DNA of 64,000 nucleotides from an uncultured Pelagibacteraceae bacterium (GTDB lineage Bacteria > Pseudomonadota > Alphaproteobacteria > Pelagibacterales > Pelagibacteraceae), in contig CACJBQ010000003.1 in the NCBI GenBank assembly GCA_902591695.1, forward strand, positions 11,951-75,950, read 5' to 3'. The notes beneath the pieces are model-generated. The model was not told where the DNA came from. It worked only from the letters and a program-made list of their open reading frames with translations, and did not search any database. Made by a program: the position numbers and the translations under genes. Positions 58,744 to 64,000 of the stretch are shown here, piece after piece. Each line of letters opens with the position of its first letter. Positions within the stretch are counted from its first letter, which is position 1.

Positions 58744-60528
58744 ATGCCTAAAAAAAGAAAAAAGAGTTTCCGAAGTCAACAATGGTTCAATAATCCAAAA
58801 AACCCTGACATGACGGCTTTATATCTAGAAAGGTATTTAAATTATGGTCTTACAAGAAAAGAATTACAATCTGGAAATCCAATTATAGGAATAGCACAAT
58901 CCGGCAGTGATCTTTCTCCATGCAATAGGCATTTTATATCTTTAAGCAAAAGAATTAAAGATGGAATTAGAAGAGCAGGTGGTATTCCAATGGAATTTCC
59001 TACTCACCCAATTCAAGAAACTGGAAAAAGACCAACAGCAATGTTGGATAGAAATCTTTCTTATTTGTCACTAGTAGAAGTTTTATATGGGTACCCAATT
59101 GATGGAGTTATCCTAACAACAGGATGTGATAAAACTACGCCAGCAGCTTTAATGGCAGCTGCAACAGTAAATATTCCTGCAATAGTATTATCAGGTGGTC
59201 CAATGTTGGATGGAGTTTACAAAGGAAAATTAGCTGGTTCAGGAATGGTAGTTTGGGAAGCAAGAAAGATGTTAGCCAAAGGAGAAATTAAATACGAAGA
59301 ATTTATGGATATGGTTGCATCGTCTGCACCAAGTGCCGGTCATTGTAATACAATGGGAACAGCTTCTTCAATGAACTCTGTTGCTGAAGCGTTAGGTATG
59401 TCTTTACCAGGGGGTGCTGTTATTCCAGCTCCTTATAGAGAAAGAGAACAAATTTCTTACGAAACAGGAAAAAGAATCGTTGGAATGGTTCATGAAGATT
59501 TAACTCCATCAAAAATTATGACACGTAAAGCTTTTGAAAATGCAGTAGTTGTTGCAAGTGCTATTGGTGGATCTAGTAATTGCACAGCTCATCTAAGTGC
59601 TATTGCAAAACACATGGGAATTAAATTTGATCTTTCTGATTGGCAAAAACTTGGGCACAACATTCCTTTATTAGTAAATTGCCAACCTGCAGGAGAATAC
59701 TTAATGGAAAGTTTTCATAGAGCTGGAGCAATACCTGCTGTTATGAAAGAACTAATTAAAAACAAAAAAATTCATACAAAAATTAAGACAGTTACCGGAA
59801 AGACTGTAGGTGAAAATTTAAGAAAGAAAGTTGATGTAGATAACAAAGTAATTAAAACATTTAAGAATGCATTGACTGAAAAAGCTGGTTTTTTAGTTAT
59901 GAAAAGCAACTTTTTCTCATCTGCTATTATGAAAACATCTGTAATCAGTAAAGAATTTAGAGATCAATATTTATCAAATCCTAAACACCCAAATGTTTTT
60001 GAATGTAAAGCTATAGTTTTTGAAGGTCCTGAAGATTATCATAAAAGACTTAATGACAAGAAGTTAAAAATAGATGAAAACTCTCTATTAATTATTAGAG
60101 GCTGCGGACCTGTTGGTTATCCTGGATCAGCCGAAGTAGTTAATATGCAACCACCAGATAGGTTATTAAAAAAAGGAATAAGACATCTACCAACTTTGGG
60201 TGATGGAAGACAAAGCGGAACATCTGAAAGTCCGTCAATTTTACATGTTTCACCTGAGTCCGCAGTAGGTGGAGATCTTGGAATTGTTAAAACTTACGAT
60301 AAAATAAAAATAGACTTAAATAAAAGAAGAGTTGATTTATTGATTTCTCAAGCTGAGTTTAAAAAACGAAGAAAAAATAAAAAAGTATTTAAACCAAATA
60401 ATCAAACTCCTTGGCAGGAAATATTTAGAAATACTGTTGGTCAATTGGATGATGGTGCATGTATTAATTCTCGAGGTAAATATTTAGACGTATCACATAC
60501 CAAAGGTTTACCAAGAGATTCTCACTAA
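58744..60528 (+). CDS. IlvD/Edd family dehydratase (pentonate dehydratase-like)
   Basis: PCN, GCDKTTP, GHCNTMGTAS, DGRQSGT, C-terminal PRDSH. Confidence 0.9.
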   Translation: MPKKRKKSFRSQQWFNNPKNPDMTALYLERYLNYGLTRKELQSGNPIIGIAQSGSDLSPCNRHFISLSKRIKDGIRRAGGIPMEFPTHPIQETGKRPTAMLDRNLSYLSLVEVLYGYPIDGVILTTGCDKTTPAALMAAATVNIPAIVLSGGPMLDGVYKGKLAGSGMVVWEARKMLAKGEIKYEEFMDMVASSAPSAGHCNTMGTASSMNSVAEALGMSLPGGAVIPAPYREREQISYETGKRIVGMVHEDLTPSKIMTRKAFENAVVVASAIGGSSNCTAHLSAIAKHMGIKFDLSDWQKLGHNIPLLVNCQPAGEYLMESFHRAGAIPAVMKELIKNKKIHTKIKTVTGKTVGENLRKKVDVDNKVIKTFKNALTEKAGFLVMKSNFFSSAIMKTSVISKEFRDQYLSNPKHPNVFECKAIVFEGPEDYHKRLNDKKLKIDENSLLIIRGCGPVGYPGSAEVVNMQPPDRLLKKGIRHLPTLGDGRQSGTSESPSILHVSPESAVGGDLGIVKTYDKIKIDLNKRRVDLLISQAEFKKRRKNKKVFKPNNQTPWQEIFRNTVGQLDDGACINSRGKYLDVSHTKGLPRDSH

Positions 60529-60529
60529 T

Positions 60530-61498
60530 ATGAAGCCAAAAATATTAGTTTCTAGAAAAATCTCAGATTTAGCAGAAGAAAAACTTGAAAAAGAATTTGA
60601 GGTAACCCTTAATCCAAAAGACGAGCCTATTCCAGAAAGCGAATTAATAAAAATTGTTAATGATTATGACGGAATGATTTCAACAGGTTTTGATAAAATT
60701 AGTGAAAATTTTTTTAATAATTTAAATGGGAAATTAAAAATAATAGCTCAAGTTGGTGTTGGCTATGACAATATTTCAATTAAATCTGCCGAAGAAAAAA
60801 AAATTAAGGTAACAAATACTCCTAATGTGTTAAATGAGGCTGTTGCAGAAACTACAATACTTTTGATATTAGCTGCATCTAGAAGAATTGGTGAAGCTTA
60901 CAATCTAGTGAGAACCGATAACTGGAAAAATCAAAAACCCGATTTAACTAAATTTATGATTGGAAATTCTGTTACAGGTAAAACTTTAGGTATCATTGGA
61001 ATGGGTCGCATTGGAAGAATGGCTGCAAAATCTGCTAGGGCATTTGGTATGAAGATTATTTATTATAATAGAAACAAACTTTCTGATGATCTGGAAGATG
61101 GTGCAAAGTATTATTCAGATATAAATACAATGCTACCAGAGTGTGATTTTTTAAGTATTCACACACCTGCAACAGCTGAGACCAAGCATATTCTTAATTC
61201 ATCAACAATAAGTTTGTTACCAAAGCATGCTGTAGTTATTAATACTTCAAGAGGATCAACTATTGATGATGATGCATTGATAGATGCATTAGAAAATAAA
61301 AAAATTTATGCAGCAGGATTAGATGTTTTCAATAATGAACCAAATTTAGATCAAAGATATTTAAAATTAGATAACTGTTTTGTTCTACCTCATATTGGTA
61401 GTGCGACTCATGAGACTAGATTGGCAATGAGTATGATGGCAGTGGATAATATTTATTGTTATTTCAATAAAAAACCTCTTATTTCAGAAGTAGTTTAG
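60530..61498 (+). CDS. D-2-hydroxyacid dehydrogenase (glyoxylate/hydroxypyruvate reductase family)
   Basis: VGYDNI, TNTP, GIIGMGRIG, NTSRG, LDVF..EP, PHIGSA. Confidence 0.9.
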   Translation: MKPKILVSRKISDLAEEKLEKEFEVTLNPKDEPIPESELIKIVNDYDGMISTGFDKISENFFNNLNGKLKIIAQVGVGYDNISIKSAEEKKIKVTNTPNVLNEAVAETTILLILAASRRIGEAYNLVRTDNWKNQKPDLTKFMIGNSVTGKTLGIIGMGRIGRMAAKSARAFGMKIIYYNRNKLSDDLEDGAKYYSDINTMLPECDFLSIHTPATAETKHILNSSTISLLPKHAVVINTSRGSTIDDDALIDALENKKIYAAGLDVFNNEPNLDQRYLKLDNCFVLPHIGSATHETRLAMSMMAVDNIYCYFNKKPLISEVV

Positions 61499-61623
61499 AA
61501 CAACTATAAGTTGTCTGTTCAATTAATATATATAATTTCTATATATAAAAGCTAAACGAAATTATTGATCTCAAAAATCATTTATGGTTAACTTTCAAAA
61601 AAAACATAAACGAGAGGAAGATA

Positions 61624-62640
61624 ATGTTTAAACTTATATCTAAAACTATAGCAGCTATAGCTATTGTTTCAGTTGCTTTATTTGGCTCTGCAAATGCAAA
61701 GACTTTAAAGATTGAAACTCACTTTACAGCTAGTTCACCAAATGGTGAAGTTGCTGCTCAATTCGCTAAAAACGTAGAAATGTTTTCTGGTGGAAGCTTA
61801 AAAGTAGAAATGTTCTACTCATCATCAGTAACAGGAAAATCTGCTGAGGTGTTTAACTCTGCACAAACTGGAATTATCGATTGTGATATGACTGGTGCTG
61901 GTTACCAAACTGGTAAAAATGCAGCGTTCCAATTCGCAGGTGATGTAATGGGTGGATACGATAACCCATATCAACAATATGAATTCTTGAATTACCCAGG
62001 AGCTCAAGAAGCTGTTGATGCACTTTATAACAAATATGGAATGACTTTAATTGGTTGGTGGATACCAGGACATGAGTCTCTAATTTCTAGCAAACCAATT
62101 CCAGATGTTGCATCTATAAAAGACTTTAAATTTAGATCACCTCCAGGAATGGAAAGTATGATCTTTACTGCACTAGGTGCTAAGCCAATCGTAATGGACT
62201 TTGGTGAAGTTCCAACCGCTTTACAAACTGGTCTAATTGATGGTGCTGACTATTCATCTCTAGCAACTAACTATGCAGGTGGACACTATGAGCAAAATAA
62301 ATATGCTACATACCCAGGTTTCCACTCTATGCCAGCTGACCATTTAGCTTGTAATACTAAAGTATGGAAAAAGCTAAAACCTCACGAAAGAGGAGCAATG
62401 AAAGCAGGTATTGAGATTGCTGGAAGAACTATCACTAGCTTAGTAGAGAGAAAAAACGCTGAAGCGGTTAAAGCTTTAAATGAAATGGGCGTAACTCTTC
62501 ACGACTGGTCTAGAGAAGATAGACTTAAATTCAGACAAGCTGCACTTGCTGCTTGGGAAGAATGGAAGACTAAATCTCCAGAAGCTGCAGCACTTATTGA
62601 GATACACAAAGCTTATATGAAAGCTAACGGTATCATGTAA
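61624..62640 (+). CDS. dctP: TRAP transporter substrate-binding protein
   Basis: Signal peptide, KFRSP conserved Arg, ALQTG.IDG; GAGGA RBS. Confidence 0.9.
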   Translation: MFKLISKTIAAIAIVSVALFGSANAKTLKIETHFTASSPNGEVAAQFAKNVEMFSGGSLKVEMFYSSSVTGKSAEVFNSAQTGIIDCDMTGAGYQTGKNAAFQFAGDVMGGYDNPYQQYEFLNYPGAQEAVDALYNKYGMTLIGWWIPGHESLISSKPIPDVASIKDFKFRSPPGMESMIFTALGAKPIVMDFGEVPTALQTGLIDGADYSSLATNYAGGHYEQNKYATYPGFHSMPADHLACNTKVWKKLKPHERGAMKAGIEIAGRTITSLVERKNAEAVKALNEMGVTLHDWSREDRLKFRQAALAAWEEWKTKSPEAAALIEIHKAYMKANGIM

Positions 62641-62645
62641 TAAAA

Positions 62646-62678
62646 AATTTTGAAGGGCCTTAAAAGGCCCTTCGAATT
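62646..62678 (+). terminator. Intercistronic hairpin after dctP
   Basis: GAAGGGCCT/AGGCCCTTC stem; weak U-tract, so possibly an mRNA stabiliser. Confidence 0.7.
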
Positions 62679-62695
62679 AGTTAAATTTTTACTCA

Positions 62696-63265
62696 ATGAT
62701 CGATAAAGAATTACAAGAACAAAATGAAAAAGTTGCGAGTAAAGATGATTTTCCAATAAATTGGATTGATAGAATTTCCTTATTTTTAAGCCATACAATC
62801 AAATATTTAATTCCTGTAATTGTACTTGTAATGATGTACGAAATTTTTATGAGGTATATATTATTTAAACCAACTTTGTGGGCAAATGAACTATGTCTAT
62901 GGCTTGCCGGTGTTTGTTATTTAGTTGGTGGAATATATGCAACAAGATTAAGAAGCCATATTAGAATAGTGTTATTGTATGACTGGGTTAGTAGACCGAC
63001 ACAGAGAATTTTTGATTTAATAAGTACCATTATAATTGTTCTTTTTGCAGCAGCTGTAATCTATGGAGGTATGGAAGATGCATACAGATCATTCATAAAT
63101 TGGGAGAGATTTGCTACTTATTGGGATCCACCAATTCCTGCAACTATGAAGCCACTTACACTTATATGCGTATTTCTTATTGCCGTTCAATCTGTAAATA
63201 ATTTGATTATTGATTGGAGAAATCCTAAAGAAAAACAATACGACCCTTCTAAAGAATTGAAATAA
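62696..63265 (+). CDS. dctQ: TRAP transporter small permease
   Basis: RY.L..PT.WA.E, HIRI..LY; four TM helices. Confidence 0.9.
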   Translation: MIDKELQEQNEKVASKDDFPINWIDRISLFLSHTIKYLIPVIVLVMMYEIFMRYILFKPTLWANELCLWLAGVCYLVGGIYATRLRSHIRIVLLYDWVSRPTQRIFDLISTIIIVLFAAAVIYGGMEDAYRSFINWERFATYWDPPIPATMKPLTLICVFLIAVQSVNNLIIDWRNPKEKQYDPSKELK

Positions 63266-63266
63266 A

Positions 63267-64000
63267 ATGGAAATAGGATCACTTTCACTAATACTTATAG
63301 TAGGATTATTACTTCTTATATCTATTGGTGTTCCAATGGGTTTTGCATCTGGTTTTATGGGTGCTGTATTAGTATTTTTATACATAGGTGAACATGCGTT
63401 AGGCATATTGCTTTCAAGATACTATTCTCTTGTAGTCACTTATTCCTTTTTGTCGGTGCCTTTATTTATATTTATGGCCTCCTTACTCGAACGCTCGAAC
63501 ATAGCTAGAGATTTATATGATGCCTTGAATGCGTGGCTAAGAAAAACCAGAGGAGGAGTAGGTGTTGTAACTGCAATCATGGCAACAATTATGGCTGCTA
63601 TGAGTGGAATTATTGGAGGAGAAATAGTTTTATTAGGATTGATTGCTCTGCCTCAAATGTTGAGATTAAAATATGATCAAGATATGTCGATCGGTATTAT
63701 TTGTGCATCAGGATCTTTGGGAACCATGATACCTCCTTCTATTGTTTTAATTATCTATGGATTAACAACAGAGACTTCTATTACAATGTTATTCCAAGAA
63801 GCTATTGTTCCTGGTTTAATGATTTCAGGTTTAATTATTACATACATTTTAATTCGTACAAGATTACAACCGCATTTGGCACCTTTAAGTGATGAGCCGC
63901 CATTAACATTTAAAGAAAAAATTTCTTATCTACCAGGTCTTTTGCCACCAATTGGAATAGTGATAATTGTTTTGGGTTCAATCTATTCAGGAATAACAGG
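63267..64000 (+). CDS. dctM: TRAP transporter large permease (3'-truncated by window edge)
   Basis: Hand translation MEIGSLSLILIVGLLLLISIGVPMG...SVPLFIFMA...GSLGTMIPPS. Confidence 0.9.
   Translation, partial: MEIGSLSLILIVGLLLLISIGVPMGFASGFMGAVLVFLYIGEHALGILLSRYYSLVVTYSFLSVPLFIFMASLLERSNIARDLYDALNAWLRKTRGGVGVVTAIMATIMAAMSGIIGGEIVLLGLIALPQMLRLKYDQDMSIGIICASGSLGTMIPPSIVLIIYGLTTETSITMLFQEAIVPGLMISGLIITYILIRTRLQPHLAPLSDEPPLTFKEKISYLPGLLPPIGIVIIVLGSIYSGIT

Noticed and set aside
122-63892. Many 60-130 aa ORFs antisense or out of frame within long genes (e.g. 122..379, 4830..5012, 8368..8757, 20603..20887, 37616..37948, 63089..63406)
   Set aside because: Nested in or largely overlapping well-supported genes, no motifs; typical shadow ORFs of codon-biased genes
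1-64000. CRISPR array, tRNA/rRNA, IS element, integrase or prophage
   Set aside because: No spaced direct repeats, cloverleafs, transposase/integrase or phage structural motifs seen; gaps are mostly too short

Overview
AT-rich (about 30% GC by eye), very tightly packed chromosomal segment with many overlapping stop/start codons, most consistent with a SAR11/Pelagibacterales alphaproteobacterium (inferred from composition, streamlining and gene content). From about 1 to 46 kb it is a C1/methylated-amine and betaine catabolism region. It contains tmm, fhs, soxBDAG, a GcvT-family demethylase with metF, and a betaine-type ABC binding protein and permease without an ATPase. A long plus-strand run follows: Rieske oxygenase, BHMT, two DMG/sarcosine dehydrogenase paralogs, a DddP-like M24 enzyme, a kinase/nucleotidyltransferase pair, a BesD-like oxygenase, a folate-type transporter, ETF and ETF-QO, with folE and acuI nearby. 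Next come a Fur-box-preceded Fe(III) ABC operon interrupted by a Cys-rich sORF, an RNA hairpin and a peroxiredoxin; a persulfide dioxygenase and cytochrome b561/c' group; and a sugar-acid dehydratase plus TRAP cluster that runs off the right end. I saw no rRNA, tRNA, CRISPR or mobile element. Hidden items found by reading: three unlisted small ORFs, two candidate structured RNAs, two hypothetical proteins that are distant paralogs, and two divergent genes sharing one palindromic ATGCAT start. All functional calls come from motif recognition, not database searches.
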